DNA from: Balanoglossus misakiensis
Lineage: Eukaryota; Animalia; Hemichordata
Reading direction: 5' to 3'
NCBI GenBank assembly: GCA_040954595.2
Contig: CM082577.2
Location: 3,615,703-3,679,702, forward strand
DNA: 64,000 nucleotides
Position 1 is the stretch's first letter. Every line of letters begins with the position of its first letter. A model generated the notes under the pieces. The model was not told the DNA's origin. It saw nothing but the letters and a program-made list of their open reading frames with translations, and searched no databases. A program made the translations under genes and the position numbers. Positions 13,501-25,246 of the stretch are shown piece after piece.

Positions 13501-16500
13501 ACAAAACTCAGGTATAATTTATCCTCATTGCATCTAAACGATACTGACTCACAATTTTGAAATGACTGACTGAACATGATTTTTAATGCATTTAAAAAAA
13601 AAACAATACTGGTACTTACCAAAGGCTTTTGCAATAGCAATGCTCTCCAAGAATCCAATCAGAGGAATAATTGCTAACCCAATATTTAAATCCTGAAAAA
13701 CAAGTAAGGAGCATGAGAAAATATAAATAATTATGAAACTAACATCACTCATCAAGTGTTTCTGATTTTGCTGTCACTGGGCTAACGATACGTTGGGTCA
13801 TTGTTAGTTAATTACAACTATTATTTATGTTATCTGTGTATTAAAGCTGTGTGATTTTTGCAACCATTTGTACGTTTTGTACTTGCCAAGGTTTAGCGGT
13901 GTACTTACTGATAAAACTTGACCAATGGGCAAATAATTCTTCACGAAGTCACCGTCTTCCGGATCCGGTGATTGTGTGGAGTTCCCAAAGAGAAGTACAT
14001 CATCGGTGAAGTTCGCATAGGTGACGTTCGTGTCGAGCCTCACCAAATAATCTGGATCGATGGCACTGTGCGGCACTGTGACGTTCGTCAGGTTCCCGCT
14101 CTCCGGCGGCACAATCTCGGGCAAGTATCGTTCGTACGGCGGCATGGGCGACTCGAAAGGAGGCAGTCCAGCTGGGACGTGCCCCACCAGCTTCAGGTCG
14201 TTCTTGCCGGTCTGAACCACCCCATATGCAATGGCGGCGGCTATGATTACAATCACGGCATTTCTCGCTGTTCAAAAAAAAAGAGAAAGTAGCTTCAGTG
14301 TGTTTGACGGCTATTAAAGTGAGGGGACTTCCATTCCTCATCTTCAAAATACAATGTATAAATGCTCCAAAAACTGAGAGTAGTTGTCAGTGTTTTGCAC
14401 CCAGACAAGAAACCCAGACCGACCAAGTACTAACCTGTTCCGAGCAGCCATATTGTTTTATGCAAAATTTTCTGCCCAGCATTTGTCGCCTTCTTCGTAG
14501 AATACTTGTCTTTAATTTTCTGTCAAAAAAGATGGGGAAAAAATCGGTAACACACTGTACTCATAAACAGAAGAGAAACGTTTACAGACAGGGAATAGAG
14601 AGAAAGAAACTGCAGATATTTGAATTTATCGAGACTAACCTTCATAATCAGAAGAATGATAAGACAACTGAATCCCATGACAACATCCTGCCAACTGCAA
14701 AAAATAAAATGATTGAAACGAGTGAGTGATATGTTTATATTATAGTGTAATGATCTCATCACAAAATATCACTGAGTAGGATCTGATCATGGATGGGCCT
14801 TACATTTGAAAGTACAAATGTAGTTAATTTGCAATGTATGGTTCGGAGTGGTGACAAACAAGACCATGCTACAAATATTGGGGGGACAGCATAATTTTAT
14901 TTTTGCTGAAAAGATCTAAAATTCTGTTTGAAAGATGTGTATATACTTAGACTGATTTTCCATTCAAGTATTTTGTCCTGACACTCACGCCTTTGGTATG
15001 AGAGAGCTAAATATTTCTAGTTTTGATGATTTACAATGCGAAAGACTCTGGCAGCTAGAATACCAGATAAACCAGGGTACATGCATGCAAGCCCGGGTCA
15101 GTGGCCTACATCCAGAATAACGCCTCCATGCATACTTTGACCTGAGCATCATCCAACAAAGCCAATTTACAAGCTAATTTACAGCAATCGTGTCATTTAT
15201 AAAAAAATTGTCTGTTTGAGAATGGGCTGTACCAGGTTGACCAATAAATCTACAAGACGTACCGTGGCACCTTGTACAACAATGAGTGGGTTTTTTCAAG
15301 TGGCTTACTGGATACTTCTTATGTAAGACCCAAGAAATATGCCTTGATGATCTTTGTCTTACATTGTCTTGACAACTGTGTGTTTTTGTTTGTTTGTGTG
15401 TGTGTGTACTAGAATGCCACTATGTGTGTGTGTGCGTGGCTAGAACATTCCCGTGAAGATCCATCAACTGGCAGAATGAAGTGGTAAAATTGACAAAGAA
15501 TCAAAGAGCTAGCTTAAAATAAACATTTCATGACACGATTATGAGAGATTCATAAAATTAGAAAAAATGTCTCCAAATATAAATTTTGAAAAAAATACTG
15601 GTACAGGCAATAACATTTGATACAGGTACCTGGTTAACTGTTAACTAGGTATCTTACATTGAAATTAATACCTGCCATATTTTGTTTACATGGCCAACTT
15701 TGTGCTGAATTTTCATACTACTTTTTAGTTGTTTTCATTCTGTCTTAGAAGATACTGGTATCTGTTTTTCTGAACTGTAGTTATTTTTTTTAATTACCTA
15801 TTGTATATCACCCTAGACTGCTCTACTTAAATATTAACACGTGGATGACATTTATATGTACTACAAAAGTGGGACACGAAAATAGTGATGGCATTTAACA
15901 GAGAGAACTTTGAACTGTTCTGACCACATTGCGTATAGCATAACTGGCCAGGTACACTACAGATGTATGACGGGTGTGGGCTGGGGTTACTGCTGGTACA
16001 GACTTGAAGCATTTCACACATCTAAGGCAATTTGAATCTTTTTATCAAAGTGTGATAATGTTTAACTAATTAATCACAGGGCAGCCCACAACATTTTTCA
16101 CCACATTACTTTACACCCAAATGTCAATAAAAGGTGTGGCCTGTCCATTGACAGACACAGTTTCATAACACTACCTGTATAACATACTTCCTGTCGACCA
16201 TGAACACAGTCATCTCAATGACCATAATGAGAGACAATAATCATGTTGAAGATTACTGTTCTGTTTTCATGGTAATGACAAAAGTCTCTTTAGGAAAATC
16301 ACATTAACTAGGCGGCATGACAACCCTTGCATTTACATCTTACAAATTATCATGTTTTACAAAATCGTCATCAATGATATTGCTTATCTAGCTAGTTTAA
16401 AGGGCATAATTATTCGAACAGTAGCTGGGGGGTCACCTGTAAGTGTCTGTTGTAAAAAGAGGAGGAGTATACGTCTTACATTTTTTCCCAAAATTGTTAC

Positions 16501-18234
16501 TGATGATTTCTCCCCAAGCTTTTCGGGAAGTGAATGGCACTGCACGTTCTAACTTATTCAAATTCACCAATAAAATGGCCGTTCGGTGAAAAATGGTTTT
16601 CAGTACAATCGCTCAAATAGTGCAGATAGATGAGACTTGTGTCTGATAGCACTTTTGAAAGACGCCGAAGACCCACATGCCAAAAATAATGACGCGGAAC
16701 AGATTAAAACAGCACATTTTGACCATAAAAGGACATTTGACTGAAAATCTCGGAGTGTTAACACATAATAGTGTGCAGTTACAGCTGTGATGACGGGGGT
16801 TTTGTCAACTGACAAAATAAATCCTAATTCCGTTATAAATATCCGGCACCCCAGCTGTTACCAAATACAGTGAATGATCATTTCCTGTCACAATACACAT
16901 GTACACTACGTATATTTTCTATTGTTACACTATATTCATATAATAATGAACAAACAATATTTGCTTTTAATAGTGTGTCTTCTGAAAATGGGGCAAAGGT
17001 CAAAATTTTTTTCTGAATCTTTTAAAGACTTCCTGACAGACGTTGAATGTTTTTAAGAGAAGAGGGGCCTTCTGGGTCAGGTTGGGGGGGGGGGGGGACA
17101 AAACTGTTTTCTCTCACCTTGTTTGTGGAAGCCCCTTGGCAGTATGATAGACGTCATCTATAAAACCGTGTCCCTTGTACTTAGGAATACCAAACATGTG
17201 CCTCAGCTGACCAAAACCGATGATGACAGCCGCGGCCGATGTGAAGCCATTGATTACGGGAAACGATATAAAATTGACGATGAAACCTGAAATGGGAGAA
17301 AATGAAATTGTTTTAAATGACCATGCATCATGTGGATTTTATTGTTAGCTGCATGTCAAGAGATTCAGGAATGATACCATACACAACAAACACCTGGTCA
17401 ACCACTTCCATGTGAAACTGGTGTAATCTTGAAAAAAGTGCAAATTTGGGACCAACTGCAAATTAAGATCAACTCACCCAGATGGAAAACTCCCATTAAA
17501 AACTGTACAATCCCACAGAAGAAACAGAGCGTTATTGCATAGACTGGATTGTTCAGACCGTCATCTCGTTCAGACGAACCGCCAAAGTCGGCCATCATTA
17601 GGGACATGACAGCAGTGGGCCCCAGCGTGATGTCCTTGGCCGTACCCAGGAAACAGTAGACGAAGCAACCCATGAAAGCCGAGTATAAGCCATACTACAT
17701 GGGACAAAAGGAGGGGAAAAATCATGTTATTCTTCAATTCTTTGGACTGGTAACTCATTCTTAATACACAGTGGCATCATGGTGTAATCGTGCACACTAT
17801 TAAATTCTCTAGTATTTTGGAAAAATAACTTTTTTTTGGTATCTAGCTTCCAAAATAGTAGAGAATAAGGCTGAAAGTAGCCAGAAAGACTAGGCACGTT
17901 CGTTTTTTATTCCACACTTCCTTGTCTGTACACAACTGATTAATGAAATATTTCTGTTCAATAAATTGAATGTCTTCCTCTCAATGTCAAAGTTCACTCT
18001 TACCTCAACCGGCAGATGGGCAATGGAGGCATAGGCTAGCCCCTGCGGCAGTACTGTTAATCCGACCGTCAGACCAGCGATGAAATCACAAAGTAGAGTG
18101 TACGGCCTGTACTTGGGCAACCAGATTGAGATAGGAAATTTGCTTTTCAAATTGTCCACTGTGCAACTGTCCTTCGCAAAATCAACGATCTTGGTCTTCA
18201 CCGTGCTAGCACCTTCTCGGATGGCTTTGGCCAT
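10542..18234 (-). CDS. SLC26A11: SLC26A11-like sulfate anion transporter, copy B
   Basis: Exons approx. 18234-18004, 17694-17478, 17286-17118, 14694-14640, 14519-14435, 14267-13909, 13692-13620, 13481-13431, 13062-13002, 12195-11999, 11752-11622, 11423-11256, 11108-10955, 10681-10542 (ends ...VTDTKL*). Same SLC26 motifs as copy A. A probable non-coding first-exon donor lies near 21285. Confidence 0.9.
10836..10929. mobile_element. Diverged copy of the TTAA-CCC MITE family
   Basis: ttaacccccttcacccccat...ccatggtggcgaaaaggtta. Confidence 0.6.
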
Positions 18235-18792
18235 GTTGGAATGTGTCCGTTAAATCTTCTATATAATTCTATATTACAAAATATATCTTCTCAATCTGTG
18301 CGCTTCTGTTTTTTCTGAAAAGTGACCAGCCTCTTCCGAGTCTATAAAAATTATTGAAGTTGTTGGGAAGTAGGAAACAATCTGGAAGAAAGTGAGAAAA
18401 ACAAAAATAGTGAAAATAATTGACTTTGCAAATTTTGTTTTTGTACAATCCTATATGAAATCCCACTGCCATCAGTATATTAATCCATGACGCACCATGC
18501 ACTTTGACAACTGGAGTACACCGGGCTCATGAATGTAGTCGAAAGTAAGACTTGCAAATTTAAACATGATTTATCAGTAACGCAAGTCAACCTTATAACT
18601 CCGAAATTTCAGTCACAGGTGGACGATTAGGTGGATCGACTGAGGAAATACCCTGTTCAGCTGCTCACAATATCGCCACCAGAAGTCATGATGGAGACAC
18701 ACTACGCAATGGCCTGAATTCAGTGCAGGGACAACTTAGAAAGTGATCACATTCTGCCACGTACATAAGACCCGATTTCAGTGCAGTCACAT

Positions 18793-18887
18793 TTAACCCT
18801 TTCCACCCCCAGTTTCTTCTTTTAGAGGTCCAACTTTACCATAGAGAACAATAGGTTTGGACTGAACCGTAGAAGTGAAAGGGTGAA
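18793..18887. mobile_element. TTAA-CCC MITE family copy
   Basis: ttaaccctttccacccccagttt...gaggtccaactttacc...ggactgaacc...gtgaaagggtgaa. Confidence 0.75.
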
Positions 18888-20468
18888 CTCAACCTACTTC
18901 AATACATGCATGATATCCATCTGTGATTTTACTTTCCAACAGACATCAAACTTCAGGCTCCCCTATACGTCAACACACCAGACAATAACAAGCCACAGAC
19001 TATCACTTGTCATGACCTCTGACCTTTCATCAACAAAATTTGCATGTACGACTGATCATTTCTACTGGCTGCCAGCTGATACAGAATATTTTTGTTCTGA
19101 AGAGTTGAATTGTTTAATTAATACTCAAATTCATGACTGTCATTTGATTGAGCACATTTACATTAGTTCCAAATAGAAATCATATCAATACTTGACAACA
19201 AAAAATACCTTTGTGCCCAAAAGATCTTCAAAACTGGGGTATGAGAACACTGATAACAGTAATGTATTTATAAAGTTACCGGATAACTTTATAATTACCC
19301 ACAGTCCTCCTTGATTTGTACCATCAAATGCTCACAAAATGCAACATAGCACAAGTTATGGTTGTAACAAAATTTAAACCTAATGTAGATTGTTGACATC
19401 TTGTCATACCAAATACTATAAATGAACCAATGTCTACACTATAATCTTTTAATACATGTGACTTTATTGACCATCAAAATGATGGCAGTCAATGCTGTCA
19501 TTTAAAACGGCACATAACCTCAGAACCATGTTATTAATCTACCACTGCATATTGTGTTAATGTATTGCGCCTTACAGAACAAAAATTAGCAACCCAGAAA
19601 ATTGGTGTGTTTGTTTCAAGATTTCATATACTGAAACGACGGCAAAACTCACCAGCTAAGTGGAGTCAACACATCAGTGCTGTTAAATCCAAAGAGTGCA
19701 CAAAGCCAAAGAACTGCAAGTCAGCAGATATAACGGTACCCCGCACAGAAATCTTGAAGACAACCACCTCAGAGACCAAACACCCACCGATGGGCCTGCC
19801 CGAGGAACCACACCAAGACTTGACAGTACCTGCGACCGGCACCAAATGAGCCAGCCAAGCCAATCAAGGTGCTTTTTGATAACACAGGGTTAGGTACGCG
19901 GGGAAGACATTGCAAGCCAGGTACAGGTACTCTGTCATAAACACTAAGCAGGTACGGGTCAAAGGTCGACTGACCAAAAACAGGGGGCTGACGACCAGAC
20001 AGACATTGTGTGGCCAGTGATGTGTTGGTGTTAATTTTATAAGGACTGATACAGACAGGGTAGGAAAAATCACATGACAAGATTTCAGGTTGGCACTAAG
20101 AGAGCTCTATAAGTTAGTGGCCCAATAAATATCGTGTACTTGTACAATTCTTTGCTACATCAACCAGATTACTGGTACACCAAGTTACTAAGGTAAGTCC
20201 ATGCTTTTTCCTTCATTGTGCAATGTAAAGCACAAGGGTGAAGATATGGAGTTTGTGAGGTCCAGCTACGCAAATTTTTAGCTTTGAAAAGATGATGAGG
20301 TCAGCAGAGGTCAAGGTCAGTTTCATTCACAACATGAATCTTGTGACAGTGAAATCTCTGTAAACTAACAATCTATACTAGCATCACCAAACAACTATTG
20401 GTCTATTTACTTGAAGGAGAGACCCTGAAGACTGTACTGACACTGTAAAAGTCCTTGCTGAGGACAAC

Positions 20469-20492
20469 CATGGAGGTACTAGTACCTCCATG
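20469..20492. repeat. Perfect 24-bp palindrome flanked by a 7-bp direct repeat (micro-MITE or transposon remnant)
   Basis: ggacaac-CATGGAGGTACTAGTACCTCCATG-ggacaac. Confidence 0.7.
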
Positions 20493-21289
20493 GGACAACA
20501 GAGTTGGTCACATGCTGGTCACCTGATCAACATGTTTTGAACTGAGAACCTGTGATATCATTTCACATAAGATATGTATTAAATTTGTGAAACAATAATG
20601 ACACTATTGTTTTGCTCCCAGTCAACCTGATCAGACAGTGTACAGGACTAATAAAAGTCTGTTAGATGATCGAAACAATTTTTACTCACACCGCTGACGT
20701 AAATGTGCTTTTTTAATATGCAAATTGCGTCTTCCATTCATTCACTGACTGTGTCAGCTGGTATCTATTTATTGCGCATCTGCATTCACTAGTAATTACT
20801 ATTAGTTGACTTTCAATGACGTCTGTGGGATTTTCTTTAGTATTTCTATTTGTAAGCTGTTTTAGTGGTGCAAGGAAAGACTCAATTCTCTCCACAGTTT
20901 TCCTGAGAACTTACACAGTGGACAGCTCACCTGTGACCTGTTTTGCCAATTGTTCTCTTTTATTGTTCTATGTTTATTGTTCCAAGGGATACATTTCCAT
21001 AGTAAATGGCAAGAAGCTTGACTAGAAATATGATCACGAAAAAGAAAACGTAAAATGTAGAAATATCCGTGGCTTTTGACACCATGAAATACAAAAAACG
21101 ACTATTTAAAAGAGTTGGCAAACAGATTTGACGGGACGTGTACGAGAAATAAGTGAGCCACGACTCAAACTTCGACGAAACATGATATGTACATCGTTAG
21201 GTCGTGTGTATAATATACATGTACATGTATAAACATAAAAAAACTGTGTGTTACAAGGCTATAGTATATATGTTAGAAAACTTACCAAA

Positions 21290-22005
21290 GTTTCCTAACA
21301 CTTAAATCGCTGACCGACAAATCGATCTGACAGTGACACACACACGGCGATTCAGCTAGCGACGAGCTGCACGGCCGGCGACTGATGGAATATTCCCACC
21401 GATCCGGGAGTACGCGAACACCTTCACTGGGATCTCACTCGCCCTTTACGCTACGATGAGAATCAGATGCGTTTTTGCAACGCCGATCTTTAAGCCTCGA
21501 ATACTTGCCCCCGCAAATCGTTTCTACAGCATTCAGTGTCCTGTGGAAAGAAATTTGTGGGGAATACCTCGTCGATCGTCCCTGTAGTGCTGATTGACAC
21601 TAAAACGCCACGCTGTCGATCGTCTGTGGCGTCGCGGTGACTTTACAATATCGTTGACCTTTAACCTTTTACCTATCCTATCATGTGCTTGTGACGTCAT
21701 GATACCGAACGCTGTTTCAGCATGTCGATATTCATGTACATGTATATGTCCTTTGCCTTAGCTTTGTGCAGCATGTAAAACGTGGAGAGGAACGTAATGA
21801 CCTCATTTGATTCATGTAGCTACTTCTCCGTTTGTGATAACTTGCATTTTGGGGAGGAAGATAGTGCATCACAAAAAAATATCGACTTGTCGTACATTGC
21901 ATTGTGGGAAATCCATCACAAACTTATTTTGACACCCGGAAGTACAGATTCTCCTTATTCTATTTACCGGATGTGTATCTATGCCGCTAGTACATCAGTG
22001 CTGCC
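21290..22005. promoter_or_regulatory. Probable bidirectional promoter between SLC26A11 copy B and SGSH copy 1
   Basis: Locally CpG-richer stretch between divergent genes; minus-strand splice donor near 21285; TCATGTG at 21681 and TGACGTCA at 21692. Function is inferred from position. Confidence 0.5.
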
Positions 22006-24735
22006 ATGCTTTTCTGTTTGAAACCGACGGTGTCATTAGGAGTTCTCCTAGGAGTGATATTGATCTTATCGGTCAGTGATTGCATCGCAAGATTTGCACA
22101 GACAAGAAATGTTCTTGTCATCGTCGGTACGTACATGTACTTGTAGTCAGTTGGGCTGAGTGGTTGGCAACCATAGAAACTGTTTATGGTAAAACCCAAA
22201 GATCAGACAAAAGTTACAAAATCATGTTTGAATTTCACAATAGCTAAGACGAAGTTTTGGGTTTAATCATGGACGCACCACAATCTAAAGTGGGTTTTAA
22301 ATCTAATATAGTAGGGTGTTTTTTTTTCAACTTTGCTGCTGTCAGGAGCATGGTGACTTATTTGGGTCACAGGAAGGAAGAGTGCCCCCACATTATTATG
22401 CATTTTTCAAAGTCATCCTTATCAAACCAGAGCATGTTGTTCCTGTTAACAGCAACTTCGGATAATATTTAAAATGTTCAGGGAGGCTTTTTTTTTTCAA
22501 TTTTTAACATGACCAATCTTGCAAGAGCCATATTTGTCAATCTTTCCAGTATGAAGATCATGTTGAGTTTTGAATAAAGTCACAACATGCAGCTAAAAGT
22601 TGTTGAAAACTGTTGGTATTTGTTCGCTTCATGAGATTGACCAGCATTAAACAAGTTTTACACTAGACAACACTACAGGCTTTATACCAGGACTGGCTAG
22701 GACATTCATCCCAGACAGCGCCATCTAGCGACCAACATAGGATATTATAATCAGAAAATGAATGCCTGTTGATGCTTTTTACCAACATAACAAGAATCAT
22801 TGAACATTTTATCTGTGGCAAGCAGTACTTATGTTCATTTTACAGATGGAAAGATCGTTTTGTCAAATTACGTTGTTGATATGTTTCAGGCGATGATGCT
22901 GGTTTTGAGACCCAGGTGTACAACAACACAGTATGCAAAACGCCAAACATCAACGATCTAGCCAAACGAAGCCTGGTCTTCAAGAATGCATACACAGTCG
23001 TCAGCAGCTGCTCTCCGAGTCGATCGGCCATCCTCTCTGGTCTGCCGCAGCACCAGAATGGAATGTACGGTCTGCATCAAGGCTATCACCACTTTATGTC
23101 ATTCGATGAAGTTCAAAGTTTACCGCTGCTTCTGAAGAAAGCGGGCGTAAGAACAGGTGAGGTGGCAGTGGTAGATCTGGTGTCAATTTTTCACACAAAT
23201 GTACGAAAATTCTGAAAGTTCAGCAACGTTATGCAAATACATTTGTCCAGAAAATTCATTCTTGTCACATGATCTGTTTATTTTATATTTATATAATTTT
23301 TCTGCATATCACAGGTATAATTGGTAAGAAACACGTGGGACCGGAAGCAGTTTATCCTTTCGACTTTGCAGAAACGGAAGAAAACAATTCTATTTTACAG
23401 GTCGGGCGAAATATCACCAGAATCAGGGAACTTGTCCAGAAGTTTTTGAGTGCTGGTGACACAAGGTAATCTCTCACAGGCCTTGGAATTTAAAATATTT
23501 AAAATAACTCACAAAAATATATTGTATCATTGTCTTTGAAAGACTGTCCAATGTGATTAATTCTTTCTTTTAAAAAAATGTTCACATCTGTTTCAGTCCA
23601 TTCTTTCTGTACATAGGCTTCCATGATCCACATCGGTGTGGCCACACCCATCCAGAATACGGCAACTTCTGCGAAAAGTTTGGCAACGGAGAACCTGGCA
23701 TGGGGATCATTCCGGATTGGAAGCCCGTCACCTACAAGCCGGAAGATGTAGAGTTGCCGTATTTTGTTCAGGACACTCCGGCTGCAAGGGCTGACTTGGC
23801 GGAACAGTATACAACGATAAGCAGACTTGATCAAGGTAAGGGGAGAAATAGACGCCAGTGTCCACTTGACGCATGTTTTAAAACAAAACTAGTGTGAATT
23901 TGACCAGTATCATTTGAATTCCTCTGAGACTTTTCTGAATCTGTTGACCTTTGCAGGTATTGGGCTAGTGTTGAAAGAACTCCAGAAAGCCGGACTCCAG
24001 GACAAAACCCTGGTCATATACACCTCAGATAACGGAATTCCTTTTCCGAACGGCAGAACAAATCTCTATGAACCAGGAATGGCGGAACCTCTTTTGGTCT
24101 CTTCCCCACTCACCACCAAACGATGGGGCCAGGAAAGCGACGCCATGGCCAGCACTCTCGACATCACACCAACCATCCTGGATTGGTTCAATATAACCTA
24201 CCCAACATACAAGTTACTCGAAAAGCCCGTCAAACTCACTGGGAAGTCCCTGCTGCCGGTGTTGGCAGACGAGCCAACGACGGGCTGGGACACGGTCTTT
24301 GCCAGTCACAATTTACACGAGATTACAATGTACTACCCGATGAGGGTCGTCAGGCATAAGAACTACAGGCTGCTGCAGAATCTCAACTACAAGATGCCGT
24401 TCCCCATCGACCAGGACTTCTACCTATCGCCCTCATTTCAGGATCTCCTGAACCGGACCATAAGCCACCAACCGCTGCATTGGACCAAAACCCTGAACGA
24501 GTATTACTACAGGGCCGAGTGGGAGCTCTACAACCTGAACACGGACCCCTTGGAGATCACAAACCTCGCAAACGACCCGTCGTGCACAGACATTCTGAAG
24601 GACATGAAGAATATGCTGTTGTCATGGCAACAGGAGACTGAGGACCCCTGGGTATGTGCTCCCCAAGGAGTGCTTGAAGACACTGGTCCGCGCAAAGAAC
24701 ATCCACAGTGCATGCCCTTATACAACGGAGTCTAA
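22006..24735 (+). CDS. SGSH: N-sulfoglucosamine sulfohydrolase (sulfamidase), canonical copy 1
   Basis: Exons 22006-22126 (signal peptide, RNVLVIV), 22890-23156 (GDDAG, sulfatase motif [11 protein letters not shown]), 23315-23465 (GKKHVGP), 23597-23835 (FHDPHRC), 23957-24735 ([15 protein letters not shown]). Phases are consistent and all introns are GT-AG. Confidence 0.95.
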
Positions 24736-25246
24736 CTTAGGCACCATTTTTCAGCATGAAATAAAGTTGAAGGATTATTTTATGACCTTTATGCAAATTG
24801 GCCAATGAGAAAAGTCCATTGCATATATCACATATACACAATGTGACACTAAATATTTACTCTTGAATGTTTAAATGACAAGACATTGTATTTTTATCAC
24901 AACAAGTTGCAGTAAAGAATACTTTTTTGATATTTCATTTTTGTGTATTTCATCTCATTTATTAAACGTTACTCGTACCCGAATCTGAAACTGAATCCTA
25001 GGCTATCGACAGTATCGACCCGAAACTAAATCCGAAAGAGAGTCGAATCCGAGGCTATCTTAAACTTCGTGCAGCTGCACCGGTGTACATGTATATACAT
25101 ACTAGTATTACAACTGTACAAGGCCAAGTTTACTAGTATAAAGTTGCGGGACGGGACGCTACAACTTTTACAACGCTGAGGGGAGTGTCAATCTGTGAGT
25201 TGTTTACTGCGGATTGCGTCCAACACGTTTGGATACAGTGAAGAAT

